A stretch of 64,000 nucleotides of DNA. Source: Armatimonadota bacterium. Its GTDB lineage: Bacteria; Armatimonadota; UBA5829; DSUL01. Positions 44,295 through 54,194 of this stretch are shown here, piece by piece (position 1 is the first letter of the stretch; each line of letters opens with the position of its first letter). Position numbers and translations under genes: made by a program. Where the stretch lies: the NCBI GenBank assembly GCA_039811685.1, contig JBDHZC010000004.1, forward strand, positions 267,104-331,103. The letters run 5' to 3'. The notes beneath the pieces were generated by a model that was given only the letters and a program-made list of their open reading frames with translations, did no database searches and was not told the DNA's origin.

Positions 44295-46955
44295 ATGAAT
44301 CTCAGGCTCTGGCTCTGCGCCGTTCTTGCAACGGTGGCATTTTCTCTCGGTATTCACGCGCCTTCCACGGCGGCTAACGATCGTCCACTGCTATTTGGCA
44401 TGAACCCTACACCGATGGACTGGTGGGGGTATGACAAGTACACCTGGGACCCCATCCTCTTCCAGAAAATGGCGGAAGGGGGGTGTACTGTAGCGCGTAT
44501 CGGTGTGAACTGGGACACGATTGAGCCCAGCCCTGGCGTGCGCAACTTCAGTGAAGTGGATCGCTGGGTGAAGCTGTGCCTGGACAACAACATCGAGCCG
44601 CTGATTCTCATCAACAGCACAGCTACCTGGGCGCTGCCTTCTCCACTCGATCCGGCCGTCTCTGTGCCGGAAGCGCGCTATCCTCCGGCGGAAACGAAGA
44701 TTGAGGTCTTCAACGGGTGGATTTACGACCTCACCCGGCGCTATCGTGGGCGAGTCCGCTATTATGAGTTCTGGAACGAAGCAAATGGCTATGGCTGGTA
44801 CACGGCGCTGCAAAACCCGCCCACTTACAGTCGCGCCGATCTCTACACGCCCTGGATGATCCGGGCGTACAAAGCGCTCAAAAAGGCTGATCCCACCGCG
44901 ATGATGTCAACGACCGGCATGGATGACAACGGCGGTGGTGGGGACTACATGCTCCAGCGCATCTACGATTTTGGAGGTCAGGGGTATTTTGACGCAGTAG
45001 CGGATCACCCGTATTCCTATGGCCCGCTGGATTCCTACAAGCTCAGCGACATCAAGAGTGTGCTGAACAGTCACGGTGACACAAACGTCAAAATCTGGAT
45101 TACCGAGTACGGCTATCCGATGAATCCCGGTGACTACGCCACCTATCAGTCCTACATCAGCAGCTACTTCAATACACTCACCAGCGACGCGTTCAACTAC
45201 GTCACGATAGCGACCTGGCACACTGCCAACGAGTTCCCGTGGGAGGCTGGCTACGGGCTTATGAACTCCAATCTGACGCCCAAGCCACCCTACAATACCT
45301 TCAAGAACTATGCGAAGCCAGCGCGCCCGGCTATTTCCAACGTCAGTGTTTCCAATCTAACGCCAACCAGTGTCCGCGCGACCTTCAACACTAACATGGC
45401 GGCTACGTCGCTGGTCATGTACGGGCTGGATACGAACTATGGCCAGATTACAGGACGCGAGACAACCGCAACAACCTCCCATACTGTGGACATCCTTGGG
45501 CTGAAGCCGTCGACCACATACCACTACCGCATTCGGGCAGGCGCTGTGGAAGACGGGGACAGCTTCTCGACTGATCGCACGTTTATCACCACCTCGGGCC
45601 AGGTTATCAACATTACTTCGGGCCCGGCGGTCATTGATCTTGGACAGAACACAGCTACTGTCTCCTGGACGACGGATGTACCGTCTTCCTCGAGTGTGCA
45701 ATATGGGTCGAACTTCAACTATGGCTTACAGGCAAGTGGAAGCCCGGGTACGCAGCACAGCGTTACGCTCACAGGCCTGGATTCAGGAAAAGTCTATCAG
45801 AGTCGGGTCATCTCAACGGCAACCGGATACGCAGACGCCGTGGCCGAAGCGCCGGGCTTTCGCACGCTGGAAGGTGAGGGACAGCTACAGAACGGTGGAT
45901 TTGAGCAGGGAACAGCCGGGTGGAGTTTCTGGGAGGTGTATCCGTGGGGATACGGAGCTCCCGATTGGCCCGGGCATGTTGATATCAAGGGGACATCTGG
46001 CGCGTTTCCTCCCAGCCCTCCAGCCAAAGAAGGTTCAAAGCGTATGACGCTGGACAAAGGCTACGCAAGCGCCGTCGGTGGCCTGTACCAGACTATCCCT
46101 GTAACGAACGGGTGGTATCTGGTGGGCGGATGGGTAGCTTCAGGTACGGACTCGAACGACGAGATCATTGAACTAATTGCTATAGATGGCGCCTATGCGG
46201 GCGGCATCCCGACTGGCACGCTGGTAGCTCATCTAACCACCTCTACAGGTTGGAACTACTATCAGAAGCCAGTGCAGGTGACAACGGGGAAGCTCACGGT
46301 TTCCCTGCGCATCAGTCAATATTCGGCGACCGGTGCGGTCGCCGGCCATTTTGACGGCCTGTCTGTGACACCGATTGAGACCTCTTCGTTCGGAGATTTA
46401 AAAGACCAGACTGCCGGACAATTTCTGATGATTGATGCGCCAGTCGTGGTCGCGAGCGTTGTGGACGACAATACACTCTATCTGGAGCAGCCGGATCGCG
46501 CGTCGGGCATCCGTGTCCGCACAGCCTCTGCGCACGGGCGCAGTGTGGGCGATCGTGTGAGCGTTTACGGGACGCTGGCTGTCGAGAATGGCGAGGCGCT
46601 TCTGTCTGCCGCCGGCGTGCTCAGCCAGGCTACCGGCTCCAACGTGGCTCCATTGTCGATCACACCGTCTCATCTGGGCGGTAGTCAGCGCGGATTGCAG
46701 CCTGCGGTTGGGGTTTCCAAGGGACTCAACACCACCGGGTTGCTTGTGCGAACGTGGGGTAAGTTCACGTACGTCAGCTCCACTCGATTCACGATGACCG
46801 ATGGCGACGGCTCTGTTGTCAGTTGTCAGGCGCCGGACGGGTCTTTGGACCCAGGCTGGACGTGGGTGGGCGTGACGGGCGTTAGCTCGGTTGAGGGAGG
46901 TCAGCCTCTCGTCATCATCACGAGTCCGTCAGATATCACATCCCATCTTCCGTAA
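44295..46955 (+). CDS. Secreted clan GH-A-like glycoside hydrolase with two FN3-like domains, a CBM-like domain and the shared C-terminal module
   Basis: ATG at 44295 gives signal peptide MNLRLWLCAVLATVAFSLGIHA. YYEFWNEANG is acid/base-like and KIWITEYGYP is nucleophile-like. Two FN3/PAP-N-like repeats are present (HTVDILGLKPSTTYHYRIRA and HSVTLTGLDSGKVYQSRV). LQNGGFEQGTAGWSFW is CBM4/9-like. The last 190 aa are the shared module. Confidence 0.8.
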   Translation: MNLRLWLCAVLATVAFSLGIHAPSTAANDRPLLFGMNPTPMDWWGYDKYTWDPILFQKMAEGGCTVARIGVNWDTIEPSPGVRNFSEVDRWVKLCLDNNIEPLILINSTATWALPSPLDPAVSVPEARYPPAETKIEVFNGWIYDLTRRYRGRVRYYEFWNEANGYGWYTALQNPPTYSRADLYTPWMIRAYKALKKADPTAMMSTTGMDDNGGGGDYMLQRIYDFGGQGYFDAVADHPYSYGPLDSYKLSDIKSVLNSHGDTNVKIWITEYGYPMNPGDYATYQSYISSYFNTLTSDAFNYVTIATWHTANEFPWEAGYGLMNSNLTPKPPYNTFKNYAKPARPAISNVSVSNLTPTSVRATFNTNMAATSLVMYGLDTNYGQITGRETTATTSHTVDILGLKPSTTYHYRIRAGAVEDGDSFSTDRTFITTSGQVINITSGPAVIDLGQNTATVSWTTDVPSSSSVQYGSNFNYGLQASGSPGTQHSVTLTGLDSGKVYQSRVISTATGYADAVAEAPGFRTLEGEGQLQNGGFEQGTAGWSFWEVYPWGYGAPDWPGHVDIKGTSGAFPPSPPAKEGSKRMTLDKGYASAVGGLYQTIPVTNGWYLVGGWVASGTDSNDEIIELIAIDGAYAGGIPTGTLVAHLTTSTGWNYYQKPVQVTTGKLTVSLRISQYSATGAVAGHFDGLSVTPIETSSFGDLKDQTAGQFLMIDAPVVVASVVDDNTLYLEQPDRASGIRVRTASAHGRSVGDRVSVYGTLAVENGEALLSAAGVLSQATGSNVAPLSITPSHLGGSQRGLQPAVGVSKGLNTTGLLVRTWGKFTYVSSTRFTMTDGDGSVVSCQAPDGSLDPGWTWVGVTGVSSVEGGQPLVIITSPSDITSHLP

Positions 46956-47004
46956 AGGGCGCGTGCATGCGGTAACGGAAGCGAGGCAGGCGGCTGCAGC
47001 ATTG

Positions 47005-48078
47005 TCAGTCCGCAGGAACTGCTATCACCGCTCCGCTCATGTAGGCGGTGTTTCTGGCGCCGTCATGAGCGAGCGCATCGCGAAACATCCAGGTGGCCGC
47101 CGGATTCTGATAGTCAACGAGTGATCCTTTAAGGGCGTGGTTGATTTCATAGGCTTGTCCAGTCACCGGACAGACAAATGGGTCACCCAAATACGCGTAC
47201 GGCGCCAGGTCCTGCCGCAGATCAGCTTCCGTGCTGAACCTCGGGAGAAGCTGCATGTGGTCGTCGGCGAAGAACCTCACGCTCATAGCCAGTCTGGACA
47301 GGTGCTTCCGGCACCAAAACTCAGCGTCTATCAGCGTGCCAGCCACAACGATCCGCCCATCCCAGTAGGCTACAGTAGCCTCCGGTAGCTGTGGCGGATA
47401 ATCCCAGATGAACGGATCCGTCAAACTGACCTGCGTCTCGTGGACTTCAGAAAACGCCGGGTTCACGACAAATGGTGTACCCGTCAGCGGGCTTACGAAA
47501 ACGCTGTGGCTGTGTAGATAGGGATAGAGAACCTCTGGCAGAGCAGACGGGTTGTCCAGCTTCGGAAGGTAAGAGTTCCAGTCGTCCGTGTACATCTTCA
47601 GCGCCCGGGCCAGCCGCCGGACACGATCCGTGTTAATGTCACGCGGCGAGCGCGTGTCTTTACCTGCCCGTTCCACATGACCGTCAAGAAAGGCAACTGT
47701 CGCCCGGCGGTTGGTGAGCGGCAGATCAGATACTGCGGGCAGCTTGTCCCAGTCTGTCACAACATCAAACACGGACGCGCCCGCAAGCGCCGGATTGGGG
47801 CGGAAGAACAGGCCAGTTGACTGGCACCAGAAGGTGGATGCTGAATCCACATAGTGTACAAGTGTTGCTTGAAGTTGGGCGGGCGTGGTCGCCGGAGGAA
47901 AGCGCCCGCCCCAGTCGTCAGCGTACAAACTCAATGCGCGCCCGACTTTCTGCGCATTGTCAGCGCACGCTTTACACGCATCCCTCTGTTCATCTATTCC
48001 CGCATGCACCGATGCAAGCTGGCACAGGGTCATCACCAAGGCTGCCCCTGTCCGCACAAGACTAGTTCGCATTGTCAT
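47005..48078 (-). CDS. Secreted protein made of three tandem pseudopilin-like head domains (no pilin N-terminal helix)
   Basis: A GGGAGA SD precedes ATG 48078, which gives signal peptide MTMRTSLVRTGAALVMTLCQLASVHA. The three ~105-aa repeats begin AQKVGRALSLYADDWGGRFPP, VRRLARALKMYTDDWNSYLPK and LSRLAMSVRFFADDHMQLLPR. They end VAFLDGHVERAG, VAYWDGRIVVAG and TAYMSGAVIAV respectively. Confidence 0.7.
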   Translation of the reverse strand: MTMRTSLVRTGAALVMTLCQLASVHAGIDEQRDACKACADNAQKVGRALSLYADDWGGRFPPATTPAQLQATLVHYVDSASTFWCQSTGLFFRPNPALAGASVFDVVTDWDKLPAVSDLPLTNRRATVAFLDGHVERAGKDTRSPRDINTDRVRRLARALKMYTDDWNSYLPKLDNPSALPEVLYPYLHSHSVFVSPLTGTPFVVNPAFSEVHETQVSLTDPFIWDYPPQLPEATVAYWDGRIVVAGTLIDAEFWCRKHLSRLAMSVRFFADDHMQLLPRFSTEADLRQDLAPYAYLGDPFVCPVTGQAYEINHALKGSLVDYQNPAATWMFRDALAHDGARNTAYMSGAVIAVPAD

Positions 48079-48171
48079 TTCAGAATCTCCCGGTTGCAGA
48101 CGAGGACGGCCACATCTTCCCGCTGTCATTCCACTATACCACATCAGCGGTGGCAGCGGATTCTGGCGCAC

Positions 48172-49233
48172 CTACAGGGGCGGAGGTGGCGGTGGCGCGT
48201 CATCCTTCAGTTCGTCTTTCTTGGGCGCTGAAACGGAAGGCACGCCGCCAGGCTTGATCGTGGCTGACTCTTTGTTCCAGTAGTTCGCCAACCAGTCCGC
48301 AATCGGCTCGTGATCGAAGCTGCACCAGCCCTTCCACGCCTCGCACGCGCCCTGCTGATAGAGGGTGATGCCGATAACGTAAGGATCCAGCTTGAGTTGA
48401 GAGTCGTACCACCTGAGCCAGTCTTCATACTTCGCCGCGCTGCCACGCGCCTGCCAGCCGTCCTTCTCCGCGTTTCCCACATTGTCCACGCCACCCTCGG
48501 TGAGAATCATTGGCATGTCAGCGAGGTCGGCGTACGGGCCGTTGAAATGGCTGTACCACTGCCGGTAGCGCAGCGAGTAGAACTCTTCAACTGACGGATC
48601 CTTTATGTACTGTATGGTGTAGCCGTGATAGCTCCACGCGCCGCCAACCTTCTTAGCGGCTCTTAGCGCCGGAGCGAACTCCAGAATACGCTCGAGACCA
48701 GCGTTCTTGCCGGACGGGTTGCCCACAGGGATACAGGCGAGTACAGGTTTGAAGCCAGCCTTTGTACATAGCTCTACAAACTTGATACTGAAGAGGGTGA
48801 ACCAGGCCGTTGCTTCGCTCGATTCCCACGTCGGACATTCTCCCACCTCGTTGATGGCTTCGACATAGTCAATGAGCTTCCGATCCTTTTCAGAAAGCGC
48901 TCCGATACTCTTCCACAGCACATTGTCCCAGTGCCACTGAGCGCGTTCGACGGGGTCCTGATCCAGAGTGTAATGGTTGGTATGGTAAACGCGCAGTACC
49001 ACTACGCCGCGCGGGTTGGCCTTTTTGTAGTCCCGGGCAGCGTCGATCATGGCGGACTGGGTGTCCAGAATCTTTAGAACTGGCATTCGGGCGCGCACCA
49101 TCTTTTTTGTGCCAGGGGTATAAGCGCCAATCAGATGCATTCCAAGTTTGCTGGTGAACGGAGAAGGGCTGGCCGCGCAAACGCCAGTAGTTACGGCGCA
49201 TCCGAGCGCAACTGCGAGAAGAGTCTTGATCAT
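48172..49233 (-). CDS. Secreted hypothetical protein, clan GH-A-like TIM barrel candidate
   Basis: A GGAGG SD lies 6 nt before ATG 49233, which gives signal peptide MIKTLLAVALGCAVTTGVCA. VEAINEVGE is a possible acid/base motif and MILTEGGVD a possible nucleophile. The tail is proline-rich (DDAPPPPPPL). The family is uncertain. Confidence 0.6.
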   Translation of the reverse strand: MIKTLLAVALGCAVTTGVCAASPSPFTSKLGMHLIGAYTPGTKKMVRARMPVLKILDTQSAMIDAARDYKKANPRGVVVLRVYHTNHYTLDQDPVERAQWHWDNVLWKSIGALSEKDRKLIDYVEAINEVGECPTWESSEATAWFTLFSIKFVELCTKAGFKPVLACIPVGNPSGKNAGLERILEFAPALRAAKKVGGAWSYHGYTIQYIKDPSVEEFYSLRYRQWYSHFNGPYADLADMPMILTEGGVDNVGNAEKDGWQARGSAAKYEDWLRWYDSQLKLDPYVIGITLYQQGACEAWKGWCSFDHEPIADWLANYWNKESATIKPGGVPSVSAPKKDELKDDAPPPPPPL

Positions 49234-49333
49234 ATGCTGACCTCCATAGTCCCAGTCAGAGCTACTTTCCTTAAGACGTAAGACATTGCCGGCAGGTTCT
49301 CCTGCTTTGCGTGACCAAGAAGCCTGCAGAGCT

Positions 49334-51349
49334 ATGAAAGACAAAGATTTTCAACCCTCAAATGGTCTTCGTTTTGAAGATGACGCAAGGTTGTCATCGA
49401 TCCTGTTGCCAGTCTCACGGAAGAAGCTGTCGAACAGTGACGCGGCTCATTTGATATTTGAATTCGACGATGAGTCCGTCCTGACTTCTGATGAACTACT
49501 GTGGGAGCGCCAGGAGGCCAGCGGACCTGCCGGAGCCCGCGTGGACATCTCTGCCGATCCGGCCAGCCATGGAGACGGGGAGTCCGCGCTTTCACTCTGG
49601 TCACTGGAGATTCAAAACAACCGCGCGGCTCGCCTGGACAGTCTCACTGTCAATCTGCTGGCCTTAGCAGACGTGCCTGAGGACTGGTTCTGCACTTTGC
49701 CGTTTGGCGGTGGGTGGGCGGTGCGGCTTGCCGATTTTCCCGACGGCCACCCTGTAAGCCTGCGCTATCCTGTCCAGGGCTGCCTGCAGTGGCTGGATCT
49801 CTGGGGAGAGGATGAGGGGATTACGCTGCAGGTGCGCGATGGCGCCCCGTGGCTGAAAGACTTTATCGTCCGCCGGGATGGAAACGCGCTTCACATTTCC
49901 GTCCACTACCGCCACCTGGGACTGGAAGAAGGACAGGCTTTGCGCATGCCGCCGATTGCGCTCGGGGCCCACAAAGGCGACTGGCAGCGTGGCGCTGATG
50001 TGTACGCGAAGTGGCTGCAGAGCGTAGTTCCTGTCCCGGTGCGCGCGCCTGACTGGCTTCAGAGGGCGCCCGGATGGGCATGGGTGTCTGGTAAGGGTCA
50101 GTATAAGCAGACTATCTCTACAACATTCGCGGACCTTCCACAACGGTCGGAGACGTATGCTTCGGCAGGCATGCCCACAATTCAGCTTGCCGCCTGGTTT
50201 GAACACGGGCACGATACGCGCTACCCGGACTATGTCGCGGGCGACAGCCTGGGAGGAGAGGCAGGGTTGAGAGCCGCCTCAGACGCTATTCGCAAATCCG
50301 GACGTCATCTTGCGCTGTACTCTAACGGCCGCCTGTTTGATCCGCTTTCAGATTGCGCCCAGACGCACAAGGACTGGAAAGACTGGGCGATAGCGGCGCC
50401 CGAAGGCAAGACACTCAAAGAGTCCACAGCGCAGGAGTTTGTTGGGGTGACCACGGACGTTTCGTTGCCAGACTGGGATCCCCACGATCAGATCGCCAAG
50501 GAAATATACGGCCAAGTCACTTTCGCCACGATGTGCCCCTCAGCACCTGGCTGGCAGGAGCTGATCGCGGAGCGTCTCGGCCGCGCTGTGCGCGAGTACA
50601 ACCCGGACGGACTTTACGTTGACCAGGTTCTCGGAGCCGTTGCTGTCCCGTGCTACTCCAGAGGGCACCAGCACCGAAAACCGTACGAATCCTGGATGGG
50701 GTACCACCGCCTTCTGTCACACCTGCGACAGACAGTGAAGGCGGCCAATCCGGACTGCTATCTTGCGACGGAAGGGTTTTCGGATATTCTCGGTCAGTAT
50801 TTTGACCTGGTGCAATCACACAACGACTGGCCCGGTCCATGCCCGGAGGGCGCTTTTGCGTTTCCGGAGATGACCCGGCGCGCGGTTCCGTGGCTTATGC
50901 AGGCGGCGGGTCCTGTGAGGGAAGATCAGTTTGATATGCTCTGGCTGGCGCACGTCGCTGGCAGTGGTCTGGATGTAGCGTGCTTCAAGATCGCTCCAGA
51001 TGGAGAGTTCGCCAGGCAGATTCACACTTTTATGGACTGGAGAGCTCGCTTTGGACCAGACATGTATGCCGGGCGCCCGGTCAATTGCTGGATTGCCGGT
51101 ATGCCTGGCCGCCGCGTCGCTGCCACCAGATCGAGCAGAATTGTCATTTGCGTGAGTATTCTGGACGGTAGCGAAGGTGACGCTCGCGTTCTGCTCGATT
51201 ACAATCCGGGACAACTGAAGTGGGAATCCACCCGTGGCGCCGGCTCGGTTGATCCTGAGGCATCCGAAGACCGCTGGCTGGTGCGCATACCTGCCGCGCC
51301 GATGGCGATACTCTGGTCTGATAGCCACCAAAACTCTTCTGGAGACTGA
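49334..51349 (+). CDS. Hypothetical cytoplasmic protein, glycoside-hydrolase-like by context
   Basis: It is 671 aa from ATG 49334 with no signal peptide. It is contiguous with the next GH-like gene (a 2-nt gap). Segments GLYVDQV and YLATEGF are compatible with a TIM-barrel enzyme. The family was not recognised with confidence. Confidence 0.6.
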   Translation: MKDKDFQPSNGLRFEDDARLSSILLPVSRKKLSNSDAAHLIFEFDDESVLTSDELLWERQEASGPAGARVDISADPASHGDGESALSLWSLEIQNNRAARLDSLTVNLLALADVPEDWFCTLPFGGGWAVRLADFPDGHPVSLRYPVQGCLQWLDLWGEDEGITLQVRDGAPWLKDFIVRRDGNALHISVHYRHLGLEEGQALRMPPIALGAHKGDWQRGADVYAKWLQSVVPVPVRAPDWLQRAPGWAWVSGKGQYKQTISTTFADLPQRSETYASAGMPTIQLAAWFEHGHDTRYPDYVAGDSLGGEAGLRAASDAIRKSGRHLALYSNGRLFDPLSDCAQTHKDWKDWAIAAPEGKTLKESTAQEFVGVTTDVSLPDWDPHDQIAKEIYGQVTFATMCPSAPGWQELIAERLGRAVREYNPDGLYVDQVLGAVAVPCYSRGHQHRKPYESWMGYHRLLSHLRQTVKAANPDCYLATEGFSDILGQYFDLVQSHNDWPGPCPEGAFAFPEMTRRAVPWLMQAAGPVREDQFDMLWLAHVAGSGLDVACFKIAPDGEFARQIHTFMDWRARFGPDMYAGRPVNCWIAGMPGRRVAATRSSRIVICVSILDGSEGDARVLLDYNPGQLKWESTRGAGSVDPEASEDRWLVRIPAAPMAILWSDSHQNSSGD

Positions 51350-51351
51350 AC

Positions 51352-54189
51352 ATGTCCTTTCTTGACGACTTTCGCGATCCGCCGCGCCAGTACGCGCCCG
51401 TGCCTTTCTGGTTCCTCAACGACAGGCTTGAGAAGGAGCGGCTGCAGTGGCAGGTTCGGGAGATGGCGGACAAACGCGTCTTTGGCGCTGTCATGCACGC
51501 GCGCCCAGGCCTTGTGACGCCCTACCTGACGGATGAATGGTTTGAGCGCATTGGCGACATCCTCGAGGAGGCTCGAAAACAGGGTATGTTCACGTGGATT
51601 TATGACGAATACCCGTGGATGAGCGGGATGGCAGAGTACCGCGTGCCAAAGATCCACCCTGATTTTCGCATTCGGGCACTGGATCGTCTGGAAAAGACGG
51701 TTGTGGGTCCGGGAAGCGTCACGTGGGATTTTGGCCCGGATCTCCCGGAAGGTGCGGCGGAGGTTGTGGGAGCGGTTGTGTGCCCGCTGTCTCCGCAGGC
51801 TGCGAATGATTCGGCGAACAACACCTCTCTCCCTGTTCTTGGCGCAGGGCAGGATGTTTCCCACCTGATCGAAAATCGCTGCCTGTCACTAGAGGCGCCG
51901 GACGGGCCGTTTCTCATCAGCGTCTTCTATGAGAGGCTGTCTTACAATCCCTATGGTGACGGGTTCGGTCGAGACGCTGTCAGCGATCTGATGCATCCCG
52001 AAGCCATGCGCTGCTTCATAGATCTGACGCATCGAGAGTACCAGCGCAGGTTCCCGGACTACTTCGGGCCAGTCATTACCGCGTCGTTTCTGGATGAGCC
52101 ACCCGCAGACACTCCCGGGTGGTCGCGCCGTTTTCTCGACGAGTTCACCCAGCGCAAGGGTTATGACCTGCGCCCATTTCTTCCGTTGCTGTGGCATGAC
52201 GCCGGGCGCATGAGCGCTCAGGCGCGCCTGGACTACCAGGACGTGTTGGGACAGCTTTACGAGGAGAGCTTCTTCGGGCAGATTGAGCAGTGGTGCGAAG
52301 GCGCAGGAATCGCCTCAAGTGGTCATCTGCTTCTGGAAGAGACCCTCGTGTTCCATGCGCGCTTTATGGGGGATTACTTCCGTTCGATGCGCCGTATGCA
52401 CTATCCGGGCATCGACTACATATTCCCAGGAGACATTCCCGCCGTGACCTGCCGAGTGGCCGCGTCCGTAGCTTCTCTTTACGGACGTGAGCGCGTTATG
52501 AGCGAATGCTTTGCACTCACAGGCTGGGAGTTCACCTTCGAGCACATGAAGAAAATGACCGACTGGCAGCTTGTCCACGGAGTGAACTGCCTTGTGCCGC
52601 ATGCGTTCTTCTACTCCAGCCGGGAGGACGAACCATGGGAGGATATTCCGAGTGATCTGGGCTTCCGATGGTTCGACTGTCCACCGTCGATGTTCTATCA
52701 ACAGCCTTACTGGGACTACTATGGCGTCTATGCGGACTATCTACGCCGTCTGCAGTGGCTGAACAGCCAGGGCGAGCACGTCACGGATATTGCCGTATAC
52801 TATCCAATTGAGACGGTTCAGGCAGATTTTGTGCCGACGAAGGAGTACACAAACGCTCACGCCTTCGAGATTCCCGGCGACTGGATGACTGCCGATTATC
52901 TCTGGGACGGCTCAGAGACAGAGCGAACGGACGCGCACTTCCGCTGCCTTGGAAACATGCTGCGGAACAAGGGTCTGGACTACGACGCTGTTGACGATGA
53001 CTCTCTTCTGGCGTCTGAGTTGGAAAAGGACGCTATTGTTGTCCGTGGCCGCCGCCGCTACAAAGCGCTGATCCTTCCGCGCACGCGTTATCTCGCTGTG
53101 GACGTGTACCGGCAGATTGAACGTTTCTGGGAGCAGGGTGGGTCGGTTATCGCAACTGGCTGTCTTCCGGAATACGCCGTTGATGGGCTGGACTGCGACA
53201 TGACCATCGCAGAGATCTCCAAGCGTATCTTCGGCTTGCATCCACAGCGCCTGGAACATCTCCAGAAACATGGCCAGGATATCTCAATTGATACGCGGGC
53301 GCTCTACTTCTCAAGACCAGACACAAGTCTGGCATATGCTCTGCGCGAGCAGGGATTTGGCGATTTCCACTGCGACAATCCCAGCGTCTATTCGCACCAT
53401 CGACACATTGAGAAAGCGGATGTCTATTTTCTCGTCCATCACAGCTCAGAAGCCAGTGGCCCTGTGCACGTAGCTCTGAGCGGCGCAGGCGTCCCGCTTT
53501 TGTATGATCCACTCACTGCCTCTGTCCATCCGGTGGAGTATGTTGTCCAACAGGACAAGATAGTGTGCCGCCTGTTCTTTGAAGCGCTCGAGTCTTACTT
53601 CATTGTTATTGCTCCGGCCGGCGTTGCCGCCGAAACGGGCGGAGTGCGGGCTCAGGTTTCTCTTATGCAGCCGGCTTGCAGCGTAAGCGGTCCCTGGCGT
53701 GTAAGGCTGGACAGGGGTGATGAGCATGAAATGCGGTTGTGCGATCTTCCGCCGCTGCCGGATTGGGAAAGCCTCCCGAAAGAGCATACGTGGAATGACC
53801 TTAAGCCTTGGGAGGAGCTTGGTCTGCTGGAGTTCTCTGGCGGAGCGACGTATGAGACAGTTTTCGAATGGGAGAGCGCTGTCCCGGAGAATGCCTGGCT
53901 CGATCTTGGTGAAGTTGGCATGGTAGCGGAAGTGTCCGTGAACGGTGTCAATCTGGGAGTAGCGCTGTGGCGCTCGTACCGCTTCAATCTGAGTGGCGTG
54001 CTGAGACAGGGCAGGAACGATCTACGCGTTCGAGTCGTGAACACTCTCGCCAACTCCATCCAGGCCAGCTATGGGAGCGGAAAAACCGAGACCAGAGCCA
54101 ATGAAGGTCACATAAATCGCTATGCTCGTTACGAGCCCGGACAACTGCGCTCCGGCCTCATCGGTCCTGTCCGCGTCCTGACGCTATAG
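51352..54189 (+). CDS. Glycoside-hydrolase-like protein with C-terminal jelly-roll domain (family uncertain)
   Basis: The N-terminus (PPRQYAPVPFWFLNDRLEKERLQWQVREMADKRVFGAVMHAR...MFTWIYDEYPWMSG) resembles a widespread uncharacterised/rhamnosidase-like GH group. The C-terminal segment (AWLDLGEVGMVAEVSVNGVNLG...RNDLRVRVVNTLAN) is a GH2-type sugar-binding jelly-roll pattern. Confidence 0.65.
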   Translation: MSFLDDFRDPPRQYAPVPFWFLNDRLEKERLQWQVREMADKRVFGAVMHARPGLVTPYLTDEWFERIGDILEEARKQGMFTWIYDEYPWMSGMAEYRVPKIHPDFRIRALDRLEKTVVGPGSVTWDFGPDLPEGAAEVVGAVVCPLSPQAANDSANNTSLPVLGAGQDVSHLIENRCLSLEAPDGPFLISVFYERLSYNPYGDGFGRDAVSDLMHPEAMRCFIDLTHREYQRRFPDYFGPVITASFLDEPPADTPGWSRRFLDEFTQRKGYDLRPFLPLLWHDAGRMSAQARLDYQDVLGQLYEESFFGQIEQWCEGAGIASSGHLLLEETLVFHARFMGDYFRSMRRMHYPGIDYIFPGDIPAVTCRVAASVASLYGRERVMSECFALTGWEFTFEHMKKMTDWQLVHGVNCLVPHAFFYSSREDEPWEDIPSDLGFRWFDCPPSMFYQQPYWDYYGVYADYLRRLQWLNSQGEHVTDIAVYYPIETVQADFVPTKEYTNAHAFEIPGDWMTADYLWDGSETERTDAHFRCLGNMLRNKGLDYDAVDDDSLLASELEKDAIVVRGRRRYKALILPRTRYLAVDVYRQIERFWEQGGSVIATGCLPEYAVDGLDCDMTIAEISKRIFGLHPQRLEHLQKHGQDISIDTRALYFSRPDTSLAYALREQGFGDFHCDNPSVYSHHRHIEKADVYFLVHHSSEASGPVHVALSGAGVPLLYDPLTASVHPVEYVVQQDKIVCRLFFEALESYFIVIAPAGVAAETGGVRAQVSLMQPACSVSGPWRVRLDRGDEHEMRLCDLPPLPDWESLPKEHTWNDLKPWEELGLLEFSGGATYETVFEWESAVPENAWLDLGEVGMVAEVSVNGVNLGVALWRSYRFNLSGVLRQGRNDLRVRVVNTLANSIQASYGSGKTETRANEGHINRYARYEPGQLRSGLIGPVRVLTL

Positions 54190-54194
54190 CGCGA

